From an uncultured bacterium (GTDB lineage: Bacteria; Eisenbacteria; RBG-16-71-46; JABDJR01; JAWXBZ01), in contig CAZQVN010000002.1 of NCBI GenBank assembly GCA_964596775.1, forward strand, positions 156,296-220,295: a stretch of 64,000 nt of DNA. Direction: 5' to 3'. The notes under the pieces were generated by a model that saw only the letters and a program-made list of their open reading frames with translations, did no database searches and was not told where the DNA came from. The position numbers and the translations under genes were made by a program. Shown one piece after another: positions 37,719 through 47,671 of this stretch (its first letter is position 1; each line of letters opens with the position of its first letter).

Positions 37719-40700
37719 TTGTTCCAGGTGTTCATCCGAAGAGGGAATTTCTTGAAGCACTGGTGCGGACTCGCCGTCCTGCTGAGCCTTGTCCTCGGAT
37801 CGGCCCTCCCTGCCTCCGCGGAGGAGAGCATCGGGCTCTGGCGCCCCATGGACTGGCGCCCGGAAGATCTCTGGAGTTCCTTCTGGAGTTCGCGGTGGGA
37901 GGAGGGGATCACGACATCCCGCCGCCTGTCCCTGAGCGAGGTTCGCGGCGGTGTGCAGAGCCAGGTCGTCTACGACCCGCTGCTGGGCTACATAACGGCC
38001 AGCCTGCGCCAGCGTGACGTGGAACTGGCTCCGGCCCGGCTGTTCACGACCGAACAGTACGCCGCTGAGGCCGCACGCCTCGAGTTTTACCGCAGCTGGA
38101 AAGTCGAGACCCTGAGAACGCTTCACGGAGGCACGGCCGACCCCAACCGACGCATTCAGGGTGGGCTGGTCAATGTGGACCTTCCGTTCGAACTGCCCGG
38201 TTTTGCCGCCAAGATCTTCGGGGACGGTGCTCCGAATCTTCGCGTGTCCGGAAGCGAGCGGATTTCGATCGGCGGCACGTCCTCCTGGCGCGTCAACGAA
38301 CTGCAGACGGAAGGGCGCCGCCGGTCCAGGTTTCCCACCCTGGAGATGCGGCAGGAACTCAACGTCCGGCTGAACGGCACGATCGGCGACAAGCTGCACA
38401 TCGACATCAGCCAGAACTCCGAAGCGTCGATTTCGCTGGAAAACCAGATCCGCATCTATTACCAGGGTTACGAGGACGACGTCATTCAGCGCGTCGATCT
38501 GGGAAACACGAACCTGTCGTTGCCCCGCACGACCCAGTACATTTCCTACTCTTCGCGGCAGGAAGGTCTTTTCGGCATCAAGATGACCGGCCGCTTCGCG
38601 GACTGGGACTTTTCGATGATCGCCAGCAAGCAGGAAGGCGCTTCAGGCGCCGCCACGTTCACGGGGGGGACTTCGGAAAGCCGGCTCGGTGGATCGGACG
38701 GCCGGATCTACGATCGGGAGTTCGAGCGTCGCAAGTACTTTTTTCTGTTTGACCCGGACGAGGAAACCCTGCCGCCCAACGGAGTGATCCGCGGCGAGGA
38801 TCTCGTGGTCTGGGTGGACACGACAAATCCCGAGGGGGACCGCCGGAGCGGCAAGGACATCGCCCGGGGCATGCTGTCGCTCCGGGGAAACGGCACGACT
38901 CCCCCGGGCCTCTCGGTCAAGTCGATTGTCAAGTGGACGCCCAACGACGACTATTTTTTCATCACGTCGGACCGGACGGACTATCCGTATCTCGTGATGC
39001 GGAACTCCATCTCGGAGGATTACAGCGTCGGTGTGTCCTACCGGGTCCGCGACCGGAACACGGGCAACGTCCTGCAGGACGTGGGCAACTTCTTCACGCG
39101 GACGCCGGCCGATTCCATCCTCCAGGTCAAGATGATCAAGCCTGGGCGGTCGCTGCTGCTCGACGACAATCTTACCGTCGGCGCGTGGGCGGCCACGCGC
39201 AAGCTCGAACTCAAGAACGTGTACAACCTTGGAGCAAGGAACATCGACGGAGAATCGCTCGCCCTCTCCATCCGCAAGGAGGGGGGGCTCGATCCTCCGG
39301 ACGACAACGGCGTTTACTACCTGGAGATTCTCGGACTGGACCTGATCAACAACCAGACGGGCCTGCCGGGGGCCGATGGAAAGGTGGATCCGCGCTACAT
39401 CGATCTGGAAAACGGATTGCTCTACTTTCCGGATCTCAGGCCGTTCGATCCCAGCCTGGTCGATCTTCAGGGGCAGCCCGGCACCCGGGCACCGAGCCGC
39501 GACGTACCCCGCAGGAGGGCGCTCGGCTACCGGGCGATTCCCGATGCGTCGTTTCCGTCCGGATTTCGCTTCGAGCCCCTGTCCCCGGACTCCGCCAGGG
39601 ACATAACGAACCCGCTCATCTACGACCGCCGCGAGTTGCGGGACGACTATCGGAGGTACTTCATCACGGGGACGTTCCGGGCGTTTCAGACCGACATCAG
39701 CCTGAACCAGCCGGGAATCCTGGAAAACTCGGAAACCGTCCGCATGGACGGCGAAGTGCTGTCGCGCGGAGTCGACTACACGATTTCCTACGATACCGGC
39801 CAGGTGCGGTTGATCTCGGACAAGGCCACGAATCCGAACGGGAACCTCCAGATCAGCTACTCCTACACACCCTTGTTCTCGCGCGGTGACAAGAGCCTGA
39901 TCGGATTCTCGACCACATATGGAGGATCCTCGAACTGGGCCTTTTCCACGACGCTGCTCTATGAAAGCAAGGGCGTGCCGGAGCGGCGACCCCGTCTCCA
40001 GCAGGAACCGTCCCGGACGATTCTCGGCGATGTGAGCGGCGCGATCCGGTTGACTCCGTGGTTTCTCACCGAGATGACTGATGCCCTGCCGCTCGTGAGC
40101 ACCAGCGCCCCGTCGCGGCTGACCCTGACCGGGGCGATGGGCCTGTCCGTCCCCAACCCCAACACCAAGGGAGACGTGTACCTGGACGACATGGAAGGAG
40201 CGGCCCAGGTGACCGGAGCGAGCATGGCCCGCGAAAGCTGGCGCTTCTCCAGCCGGCCGGCCACGGATGCGCTGAAGCCGTTTTCCGAGGACGCCCTCCG
40301 CGACGCGGACCGGCTGGACGGTCTGTGGTACTCGATCCAGCGCCTGATCCAGGCGAAGGATCTTGCTCCGAACCTAGACCTGACCGAGGGGGACGACTAC
40401 ATCAGCGGCCTGGGGGTCATTCTCGGTCCGAACCCCTTCGCCGAGGCCCGCCCGTGGTTCGGGATCACCCAGCCGCTCTCGGACAACGGTCTTCGCCTGA
40501 CCGAGGCTCAATACATCGAGGTCTGGGTCAACGACTTCAATCGCTTTCACGGCGCGAATGCCGTCGCGGGGCAGGGGAAGGAGATCCGGATCAACCTGGG
40601 AAGCGTCAGCGAAGACGCGATCTGGGATCCGAATACGCCACCGGCCGCCGCGGACGGGATGCTGAACTCCGAGGACGTGAATCGGGACGGTCAGAGAACG

Positions 40701-43700
40701 CCGGACGAGGATACGGGGCTGGATGGCCTCGTGGATTCCCGGGAGACGGGTCGCGAACCGCTCCCGGGGGATCCGTGCCCGGTGGCGATTGCCGGGGATC
40801 CCGCCGGAGACAACTTCAGTTTCGACTCGAGCGGCGACGAGTACGTCGGGACGATGCAGGACCGGTTCTGCAGGTTTCGTCATGTGAACGGAACGGAGAA
40901 GAATCTCCGCCTGGACAGCGAGGATTTCAACGGAAACGAGAATCTCGACGTCATCAACGACTACTTCGAGTACACCCTGCCCCTGGACAGCGACGAGTTC
41001 ACGGTCGTGGACGTGGCCCGCGACTACCCCAACTCCGAAGCCGCCCGCGACCCGGAAAACGGATGGCGCTTGCTGCGCATTCCGCTGAACCATCCTTCCG
41101 TCCGCCAGGTCGGCTTCCCCAGCCTGGACACGGTGCGTCACCTCCGGGTCTGGTTCAACGGATTCTCGGAAATGGCGGAATTCCAGATCGCATCGATCGA
41201 GGTCATCGGAAACCGCTGGGAACGCCAGCCGATCCGGGCGTTCAACGAAAAGGACGTGCCCGACTCGGTCCAGTTCGCCGCCGGTAAGGTCTTCAACGTG
41301 GCGGTGGTCAACAACAAGCAGAATGCCGATGTCTATGCACCTCCCTTTCCGGTGCGCAGGCTGGATCGCGTGACCGAGCGGGAACAGAGCCTGGCCCTGG
41401 TCTTCGAGAACATCGACCCGGGTGAGCAGGTTTCCGCGTTCCGGTCGCTCCTGCGCGAGGAGGACTACACGCTGTACCAGACCCTTGCCTACTATGTGCG
41501 CCGTCGCCCGGGCGTCCAGGCCGACAATCTCGAGTTCTTCCTGAGATTCAGCTCGACCGCCAACTCGGATGTACAGAACGCCTACGAGATATCCCTCCGG
41601 CTCGACAAGTCCGACGAGTGGCAGACGATCGAGCTTCCGCTGGCCGACATCAGCCGGCTCAAGATCGACGTTCCGGACTCGCTTCTCGGTCTGCCGAGCC
41701 GCTTGAACGCGGAGTCGGATCTCCCCGGGGGGCTGCATGTCCGCATTTTCGGAAAGCCATCCTTCAGCCAGGTGCGCCGCCTCCAGGTCGGCGTCCGCAA
41801 CGTCGGGGTCGTCCCTGTCCAGACCGGGGAAGTGTGGTTCAACGAGTTGAGGCTGGGCTCGGTGCGCCGCGACGTCGGCGTGGCGGCGGGCGGTAGCGTG
41901 GACATGTCGCTCGGCGACTTTGCTTCGCTGCGCACGTCGCTGGATCAGCGGGACGCGGACTTTCTCGCGCTGGGGCAGACGCGGGGCAGCGGATTGACGA
42001 GCCGTACCCTGAGCTTCGGAACGACCGTCAACCTCGACAAGCTGATGCCTTCATTGAGCCTTTCCCTGCCCGCCGGATACGATGTACGTCGCACGCGCAA
42101 CACACCGAAGTTCCGCGCCAACGACGACATCATTTTCGAGGGGGGCGACGGTGGTTACAACATCACGGAATCGGGTTCCAACAGTATCCGCCTGTCGGCG
42201 CGGCGCATATCGACGCAGGGAACACCATGGATCCTGCGGAACACGCTGGACGCGGTGGCCCTGAACCTCAGCTACAGCCGGGCCTTCAACAGCAGCACGA
42301 CCGGGGTGGATTCCACGCTGACGGCCACCGGGACGGCCTCCTATGCGCTGCGGATGGGCAACTGGCTGGCGCTTCCGCTCCCCGGGAGAAGCCGTTTTAC
42401 TCCGCTGCCGAACCTGAGCGTCTCCTACGCGGCGGGGTACAACGAGAACGTGTCCTACTCCAGGAATGCCCTGCGCCCCACGGAGCTGGTCAGTCCGCGG
42501 AAAACGACCACGCGGACCTCGGGGCTTCAGTTCCAGTCCGACTTCCGGCCGGTCTCCCCGGTCACCTACAGCGTTTCGAGTCAGCGCGATCTCGTCAAGG
42601 ACCGCTTCGCGCGGTTTCAGGTCGGTGAAACGAACTACCGACCCAGTCTGGTCATCGGCGGCGTGGACCTCGGCCGGGAAATCAGCCGCTCGGAACGCCT
42701 GTCGGTGAGCCAGTCGTTTTCCTTCACAAGCTTTATCCGGCCGCGGGTTTCGTGGACCGGGGAGTACCGCGAGAATCACAGCCCGGACCTGACGACCCCG
42801 TCGGATCTGCAGAATGCCGATCAGGTCAATCCCGATCTCAAGAGTTTCCAGAACAGCAACACGACCACGGTCGGAATGACGCTGCCCATGGCGCAGCTGT
42901 TCCGGAAACTCCAGGGGGTCGGTGGCCCGCAGCGGAATCGGCCGGTCCGGGGGCAGGACACGCCCCCGGCGCAGCATCCCCTTCCGCCTCCCGCGCCACC
43001 CCAGCCGCAGGTTGCTCCGCCGCAGCCGGACAGCCTGGGTGTGCCGGAGGATGAACCCGGTGATGAATCGCGGCGGCCCGGCGGGCCGGATGGTGGCGCG
43101 GGTACCGAGGCTTTCGACCCGGGTGCTGTGTTCGGCACGGCCGGAAACCCGACCGGGTCGGATCTTCCTCCGGAGGGAATAACAGTCCCGCCATCCGTCG
43201 GGCCCGAAGATGTCCTCAAGGCGGATGCCGACGGATCGACGCAGGGAGGGCAGCCGGTAGACCTCGGTGCCACGGGTCCACCGACGGATGTCGAAGCGGT
43301 CGACGCGGACAGCCTGGCGAAGCCCGCGCCGGTGGACGACAAGAGCGACCCCCGGAAAGCCTCCGTCAAGAAGCGGAAGAAAAACCGGCCGCGCGGCGGA
43401 ATCGGCGGAACATCGCGCGATGAACCGGAGGAAGAAGAGGTCATTGCGGAGGAACCGAATAAGGAGAAGGAGGCGCCCGCGCCGGTCAGGACGGAAGAGC
43501 CGGTCCGCAAGGCCGAGCCCCCTCCTGCGCCGAAGCCCGCCGTGCCGGGCCCGAACCTGTTCCAGTTTCTCTTCCGCGACCTCTTTGCGGTCGGGGACAT
43601 CCGGACGAACATCAGCCGCTCCAACAGCAACAGCATCTCCCGCGTTCACGGTTCGCCCTCTCCCGAGTTCCGGCTCGGGCTGAGCAATGAGTTCGGCGAT

Positions 43701-44465
43701 GTCCAGCGCGCGGACAACTCTTCGGAAACGCATTCGAACTCCACGAGCGCCAGCGCCAACAGCACGATTTCCGTTCTGCGCGACTTTTCCGTGGATGCGG
43801 CATTCCAGTGGACGGAACAGGAAACAGACAACAACCGGTCGCTGTCCCGGTCCGAATCCACCACCTGGCCCGGCCTGCGGATGAACCTCGGAGCCCTGGA
43901 AAAGAAGCTCGGCCTCAAGAGGATCTTCAATTCGTTCAGTGCCACGAGCAACTACGAGCGGCGCACGGAAAAGCGCGGGACCGGCACGAATCCGCGCGAG
44001 TCGGAAACGACGACCACCGCCTGGAGGCCGCTGCTCCAGTTCGACGCCGGCCTGAAGAACGGCTGGCGCACGACGTTTTCCACGGACCGCTCGTCGACGA
44101 TCAGCACGTCGAATTCGGCGGGCGGCGTTCAGGCGGGCGTCACGACAACCCGCAATCAACAGGCCTTTCGTGCCGGGCTGGCGAAGTCCTTTTCGGTGGA
44201 CCGCGGGCCGGGGAAACCCAAGAGCTCCGTGGATCTCACGTTCGACGTCAACTACAACCGGGACGAAAGCATCAACGAGTATTCGACGCAGAGTCCTGTG
44301 GAGAACCGGTCCGACAATTTCCAGGGACGGCTTTCCAGCAGCTACCGTTTCACCTCGACGGTCAGCGGTTCCATGCAGTTGACGGTCGGCCAGCGGCGCG
44401 ATCTGGACGCGGATCTGACCGATCGTTCCATCGGACTGCAGGCCACCGCGGCGATCAGTTTCTGA
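37719..44465 (+). CDS. Giant (2248 aa) outer-membrane beta-barrel protein, SprA/Sov-like T9SS translocon candidate
   Basis: Signal peptide CGLAVLLSLVLGSALPASA. Alternative start TTG 37746 with GAGGG SD gives MKHWCGLAVLL.... Size class and Ser/Thr/Asn/Gly-rich beta-strand composition typical of SprA (about 2,400 aa). C-terminal ...GLQATAAISF beta-signal. Same locus as T9SS cargo and a cargo-processing cyclase. Assignment by size, context and composition only, not by alignment. Confidence 0.5.
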   Translation: MFQVFIRRGNFLKHWCGLAVLLSLVLGSALPASAEESIGLWRPMDWRPEDLWSSFWSSRWEEGITTSRRLSLSEVRGGVQSQVVYDPLLGYITASLRQRDVELAPARLFTTEQYAAEAARLEFYRSWKVETLRTLHGGTADPNRRIQGGLVNVDLPFELPGFAAKIFGDGAPNLRVSGSERISIGGTSSWRVNELQTEGRRRSRFPTLEMRQELNVRLNGTIGDKLHIDISQNSEASISLENQIRIYYQGYEDDVIQRVDLGNTNLSLPRTTQYISYSSRQEGLFGIKMTGRFADWDFSMIASKQEGASGAATFTGGTSESRLGGSDGRIYDREFERRKYFFLFDPDEETLPPNGVIRGEDLVVWVDTTNPEGDRRSGKDIARGMLSLRGNGTTPPGLSVKSIVKWTPNDDYFFITSDRTDYPYLVMRNSISEDYSVGVSYRVRDRNTGNVLQDVGNFFTRTPADSILQVKMIKPGRSLLLDDNLTVGAWAATRKLELKNVYNLGARNIDGESLALSIRKEGGLDPPDDNGVYYLEILGLDLINNQTGLPGADGKVDPRYIDLENGLLYFPDLRPFDPSLVDLQGQPGTRAPSRDVPRRRALGYRAIPDASFPSGFRFEPLSPDSARDITNPLIYDRRELRDDYRRYFITGTFRAFQTDISLNQPGILENSETVRMDGEVLSRGVDYTISYDTGQVRLISDKATNPNGNLQISYSYTPLFSRGDKSLIGFSTTYGGSSNWAFSTTLLYESKGVPERRPRLQQEPSRTILGDVSGAIRLTPWFLTEMTDALPLVSTSAPSRLTLTGAMGLSVPNPNTKGDVYLDDMEGAAQVTGASMARESWRFSSRPATDALKPFSEDALRDADRLDGLWYSIQRLIQAKDLAPNLDLTEGDDYISGLGVILGPNPFAEARPWFGITQPLSDNGLRLTEAQYIEVWVNDFNRFHGANAVAGQGKEIRINLGSVSEDAIWDPNTPPAAADGMLNSEDVNRDGQRTPDEDTGLDGLVDSRETGREPLPGDPCPVAIAGDPAGDNFSFDSSGDEYVGTMQDRFCRFRHVNGTEKNLRLDSEDFNGNENLDVINDYFEYTLPLDSDEFTVVDVARDYPNSEAARDPENGWRLLRIPLNHPSVRQVGFPSLDTVRHLRVWFNGFSEMAEFQIASIEVIGNRWERQPIRAFNEKDVPDSVQFAAGKVFNVAVVNNKQNADVYAPPFPVRRLDRVTEREQSLALVFENIDPGEQVSAFRSLLREEDYTLYQTLAYYVRRRPGVQADNLEFFLRFSSTANSDVQNAYEISLRLDKSDEWQTIELPLADISRLKIDVPDSLLGLPSRLNAESDLPGGLHVRIFGKPSFSQVRRLQVGVRNVGVVPVQTGEVWFNELRLGSVRRDVGVAAGGSVDMSLGDFASLRTSLDQRDADFLALGQTRGSGLTSRTLSFGTTVNLDKLMPSLSLSLPAGYDVRRTRNTPKFRANDDIIFEGGDGGYNITESGSNSIRLSARRISTQGTPWILRNTLDAVALNLSYSRAFNSSTTGVDSTLTATGTASYALRMGNWLALPLPGRSRFTPLPNLSVSYAAGYNENVSYSRNALRPTELVSPRKTTTRTSGLQFQSDFRPVSPVTYSVSSQRDLVKDRFARFQVGETNYRPSLVIGGVDLGREISRSERLSVSQSFSFTSFIRPRVSWTGEYRENHSPDLTTPSDLQNADQVNPDLKSFQNSNTTTVGMTLPMAQLFRKLQGVGGPQRNRPVRGQDTPPAQHPLPPPAPPQPQVAPPQPDSLGVPEDEPGDESRRPGGPDGGAGTEAFDPGAVFGTAGNPTGSDLPPEGITVPPSVGPEDVLKADADGSTQGGQPVDLGATGPPTDVEAVDADSLAKPAPVDDKSDPRKASVKKRKKNRPRGGIGGTSRDEPEEEEVIAEEPNKEKEAPAPVRTEEPVRKAEPPPAPKPAVPGPNLFQFLFRDLFAVGDIRTNISRSNSNSISRVHGSPSPEFRLGLSNEFGDVQRADNSSETHSNSTSASANSTISVLRDFSVDAAFQWTEQETDNNRSLSRSESTTWPGLRMNLGALEKKLGLKRIFNSFSATSNYERRTEKRGTGTNPRESETTTTAWRPLLQFDAGLKNGWRTTFSTDRSSTISTSNSAGGVQAGVTTTRNQQAFRAGLAKSFSVDRGPGKPKSSVDLTFDVNYNRDESINEYSTQSPVENRSDNFQGRLSSSYRFTSTVSGSMQLTVGQRRDLDADLTDRSIGLQATAAISF

Positions 44466-45403
44466 TGCCCGGCGTCTTCCGAGATCGCCCGCGCCGGCGG
44501 GGGCGATGCCATGCTGTCGTCTTCCTGGCGGTCCTTGCGCTGCTCGCTTCGGCCTGCGCCGCCGGAGCCGGAGAGCGGCCGGACTTCGACGGAGCGCGCG
44601 CCTATGCCGACGTCCTGCGCCAGTGCGACTTCGGGCCGCGCAATCCCGGCTCGGAAGGACACGCCCGCTGCCTGTCGTTCCTGGAGACGCGCCTGAAGAA
44701 GCTGGGCGCCGCGGTCGTCCGGCAACCGTTCAAGTATGCCCTTCCGGGCGGAAAACCGATCGCCATGACGAACCTGGTCGCGAGTTTCTCACCGGAGAAT
44801 CGCCGCCGGGTTCTGCTTGCGGCGCATTGGGATACGCGGCCGTGGGCGGACCTGGACGCGGATGTCACGAAACGCGATCTCCCGATCCTGGGGGCCAACG
44901 ACGGGGCCTCGGGGGTGGCGGTCCTTCTGGAGGTCGCCCGGCTGGTCGCCGGCAAGAAACCCGATTTCGGCGTGGATATCGTTCTCTTCGACGGGGAGGA
45001 TCTCGGGACGGCGGCCAATCCGGAGGGGTACTTCAGGGGTTCGAGGGAGTTTGCCGGGCGCTTCCGGGGCCCGGTTCCGCTTTACGCGATCCTGCTGGAC
45101 ATGGTCGGAGACGAGGATCTTCTCTTCTACAAGGAGGGGTACTCGGCTCAGGCGGCCCCAGGAACTCTGGACTGGCTCTGGAAGGGGGGAATGGAGGTCG
45201 CTCCGGCCCATTTCGTCGACAAGATCGGCTATTACGTAGAGGACGACCACTTGAGCCTTCACGCGGTGGGAATCCCGGCCGTGGACCTGATCGATTTCCA
45301 CTACCCCCACTGGCATACCCATCAGGACACCCCCGAGCACGTTTCGGAGGCCAGTCTCCAGGTCGTCGGGGACGTCCTGATGCGCCTCCTGTATCCGGAT
45401 TGA
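44465..45403 (+). CDS. M28-family zinc peptidase fold / glutaminyl-peptide cyclotransferase-like lipoprotein
   Basis: ATG 44465 overlaps the SprA-like stop (TGATG). Signal + lipobox-like AVVFLAVLALLASAC. M28/QC metal-ligand pattern LLAAHWDTRP...GANDGASGVAVLLEVAR...VLFDGEDLG...HYPHWHTHQD. Confidence 0.55.
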   Translation: MPGVFRDRPRRRGRCHAVVFLAVLALLASACAAGAGERPDFDGARAYADVLRQCDFGPRNPGSEGHARCLSFLETRLKKLGAAVVRQPFKYALPGGKPIAMTNLVASFSPENRRRVLLAAHWDTRPWADLDADVTKRDLPILGANDGASGVAVLLEVARLVAGKKPDFGVDIVLFDGEDLGTAANPEGYFRGSREFAGRFRGPVPLYAILLDMVGDEDLLFYKEGYSAQAAPGTLDWLWKGGMEVAPAHFVDKIGYYVEDDHLSLHAVGIPAVDLIDFHYPHWHTHQDTPEHVSEASLQVVGDVLMRLLYPD

Positions 45404-45471
45404 CCGTTACCCGCCTCTTCTGAGAAACTCCTTGCGCCCCTCGGACGTGTTGGTGTAGGTTTGCACGCGCG

Positions 45472-45503
45472 AGTGGACCAAACTGTCCACTCTGTTTCGT
45501 TTT
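45472..45503 (+). terminator. Hairpin + U-rich tract after the cyclase gene / before rimP
   Basis: AGTGGAC caaact GTCCACT (45472..45491) followed by CTGTTTCGTTTT. Confidence 0.35.
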
Positions 45504-45522
45504 AGGGGATTCGATTCAACCT

Positions 45523-46023
45523 ATGTCTCGGGATCGGGAAGAGCGCGTCGTCGTCCGCATCTCGGAAGGTGTGAATTCTTCCGGTTTTGAGCTTGTGGAT
45601 GTGGAGTTTGCGGGTCGATCCGGCCGGCAGATTATTCGCGTTTTCATAGAGAAAGACGGCGGCGTTCACCACGGGGATTGCGTCCGGATCAGCCGGCTTC
45701 TGGGAGAGATCCTCGACGCCGACGCGGATCTTCGCCTCGAGTCGTACGTCCTCGAGGTTTCCTCGCCCGGAATCGACAGGCCGCTCAAGACGATCGAGCA
45801 TTTCAGAAAGTTTCGAGGCGAAACGGCGGAAGTCGTTACGCACAACAAGATAGATGGAAGATCGCACCACACGGGCATCATTCATGATGTTCTGGACGAT
45901 GCGTTTCTCCTCGAACAGAAGGATCTGGGCCGGACGGTGATACCACTGGCCGAGGTAAAGAAGGCGAATCTGCGGCGCGATCCCTGGGAGGAGGCGCGGA
46001 AGAAGCGGGTTGCCGACGACTGA
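45523..46023 (+). CDS. rimP: Ribosome maturation factor RimP
   Basis: ...GFELVDVEFAGRSGRQIIRVFIEKDGGVHHGDCVRISR...EVSSPGIDRPLK... Immediately upstream of nusA. Confidence 0.8.
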   Translation: MSRDREERVVVRISEGVNSSGFELVDVEFAGRSGRQIIRVFIEKDGGVHHGDCVRISRLLGEILDADADLRLESYVLEVSSPGIDRPLKTIEHFRKFRGETAEVVTHNKIDGRSHHTGIIHDVLDDAFLLEQKDLGRTVIPLAEVKKANLRRDPWEEARKKRVADD

Positions 46024-46069
46024 GCCGGGCATTCTGTAAGCCCGGTCCGGCGGATATCGGAGGGTTTGC

Positions 46070-47671
46070 GTGAACTACGAAATCATCGATGCGCTCGGAC
46101 AGATTGCCCGCGAAAAGAGTGTGGATCGGCAGCTGCTGATCGAGACTCTTGAAGCGGGGTTGCTGTCGGCCGCCAAAAAGAAATTCGGCGCAAACGCCAT
46201 GGTCGGAGTGCGATTCGATGACCAGAAGGGCGTCATCGAGATGTGGCTGACCAAGAACGTGGTCGAGACTATCGAGGACGAGTCCCTCGACATGACCCTG
46301 GAGGCGGCGCGCGGTGTCGATCCGAATGCCGAGATCGGTCAGCAGGTCATGATTCCGCTGGATATCGCCGAGTTCGGCCGCAACGCCATTCAGGCGGCAA
46401 AGCAGGTTCTCGTTCAGCGTGTTCGCGAAGCCGAACGGGAAATGGTGTACGACGAGTACGTGGACAAGGTCGGCAGCCTGGTCCGGGGTGTCGTCCAGCA
46501 GGTGGATCGGGGAAGCGTCATCGTCAAGATCAACCTGACCGAAGCGGTGATTCCCGCGCGGGAACTGATCAACCGCGACCGTTTCCGCCAGCGCGATCAC
46601 GTTCGTGCCTACGTTCTTGCCGTCGACAAACAAAGCAAGGGACCGCAGGTCATCCTGTCGCGCACTCATCCGACGCTTCTCGTCAAGCTGTTCGAGGCCG
46701 AGGTGCCCGAGATCGCCGAGGGGATCGTCGAAATGAAGAGCGTGGCCCGCGAGGCCGGTCACCGTTCCAAAATCGCGGTCTATTCGCGTGACGACCGTAT
46801 TGACGCCGTCGGGGCCTGTGTGGGAATCAAGGGTTCGCGCGTCCAGTCGATCGTCCGGGAACTTGGCGGGGAGCGGATCGACATCGTGCCGTGGAGCTCG
46901 GATCCCGTGCTCTTCGTCAGCCGGGCGCTCAACCCGGCCAAGGTCATCCAGGCCAGCATGGACGAGGAGGAGCACAAGATCACCGTCGTCGTGGCGGATG
47001 ACCAGCTCTCCCTGGCCATTGGCAAGGGTGGACAGAACGCCCGCCTGGCCGCCAAACTGACAAGCTGGAACATTGATCTCGTCAGCCAGTCCGATGTTGA
47101 AGCGCGGCGCAAGGCGCAGAGCTCCTCGGATGTGGCTGTTGAAGACATCGAGGGGCTGACTCCGAAGCTGGCACAGAAGCTTGTGGCTTCGGGGTTGGAA
47201 ACGGCCGCGGAAGTCACCAGGGCGGGACTCGACGGGCTGATGGCCGTCGAGGGCGTTGGTGAAAAGACAGCGGAAAAGATTCTGAGTTCGGCGGCATCGG
47301 CGCTGGCGGCCCTTCCGGCCGCCCCGGAAGCTGTCGAATCGGAACAACCCGCGGAGGACACGACGGACTCCGCCGGGGTGAATTCGTCGGAGGAGGCGGT
47401 GACGCCAGAGGCGTCGGCCGTCAAGGCAGGGGAACACAGTACGGAGGCCGAGAAATCGGAAAGCATGATGGATTCTTTCGACACGAAACCGGAAGAAGAA
47501 GAACTGTCGCGCCGGCGTGGGGATGAGGACGACGAGGAAGACTGGGGTGATATCGGTCGTGACGATCATGACGACGACGACGACGACGATGATGACGACT
47601 ACGACGATGACGACGACGACGACGATCTGGACGATCTAGAGGATGACTTCGACGACGACGACGACGACTGA
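46070..47671 (+). CDS. nusA: Transcription termination/antitermination factor NusA with a poly-Asp tail
   Basis: GTG 46070. MNYEIIDALGQIAREKSVDRQLLIETLEAGL...S1 and KH domains...two HhH AR-like repeats...C-terminal DDHDDDDDDDDDDYDDDDDDDDLDDLEDDFDDDDDD. Confidence 0.85.
   Translation: MNYEIIDALGQIAREKSVDRQLLIETLEAGLLSAAKKKFGANAMVGVRFDDQKGVIEMWLTKNVVETIEDESLDMTLEAARGVDPNAEIGQQVMIPLDIAEFGRNAIQAAKQVLVQRVREAEREMVYDEYVDKVGSLVRGVVQQVDRGSVIVKINLTEAVIPARELINRDRFRQRDHVRAYVLAVDKQSKGPQVILSRTHPTLLVKLFEAEVPEIAEGIVEMKSVAREAGHRSKIAVYSRDDRIDAVGACVGIKGSRVQSIVRELGGERIDIVPWSSDPVLFVSRALNPAKVIQASMDEEEHKITVVVADDQLSLAIGKGGQNARLAAKLTSWNIDLVSQSDVEARRKAQSSSDVAVEDIEGLTPKLAQKLVASGLETAAEVTRAGLDGLMAVEGVGEKTAEKILSSAASALAALPAAPEAVESEQPAEDTTDSAGVNSSEEAVTPEASAVKAGEHSTEAEKSESMMDSFDTKPEEEELSRRRGDEDDEEDWGDIGRDDHDDDDDDDDDDYDDDDDDDDLDDLEDDFDDDDDD
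47560..47670 (+). repeat. (GAC/GAT)n trinucleotide microsatellite encoding the NusA poly-Asp tail
   Basis: gacgacgacgacgacgatgatgacgactacgacgatgacgacgacgacgacgat...gacgacgacgacgacgac. Near-perfect GAC repeats over about 110 nt. Confidence 0.6.

Noticed and set aside
47560-47670. Possible CRISPR or tandem DNA repeat at the (GAC)n tract
   Set aside because: It is a coding trinucleotide microsatellite within nusA (poly-Asp), with no spacer/repeat architecture and no cas genes.
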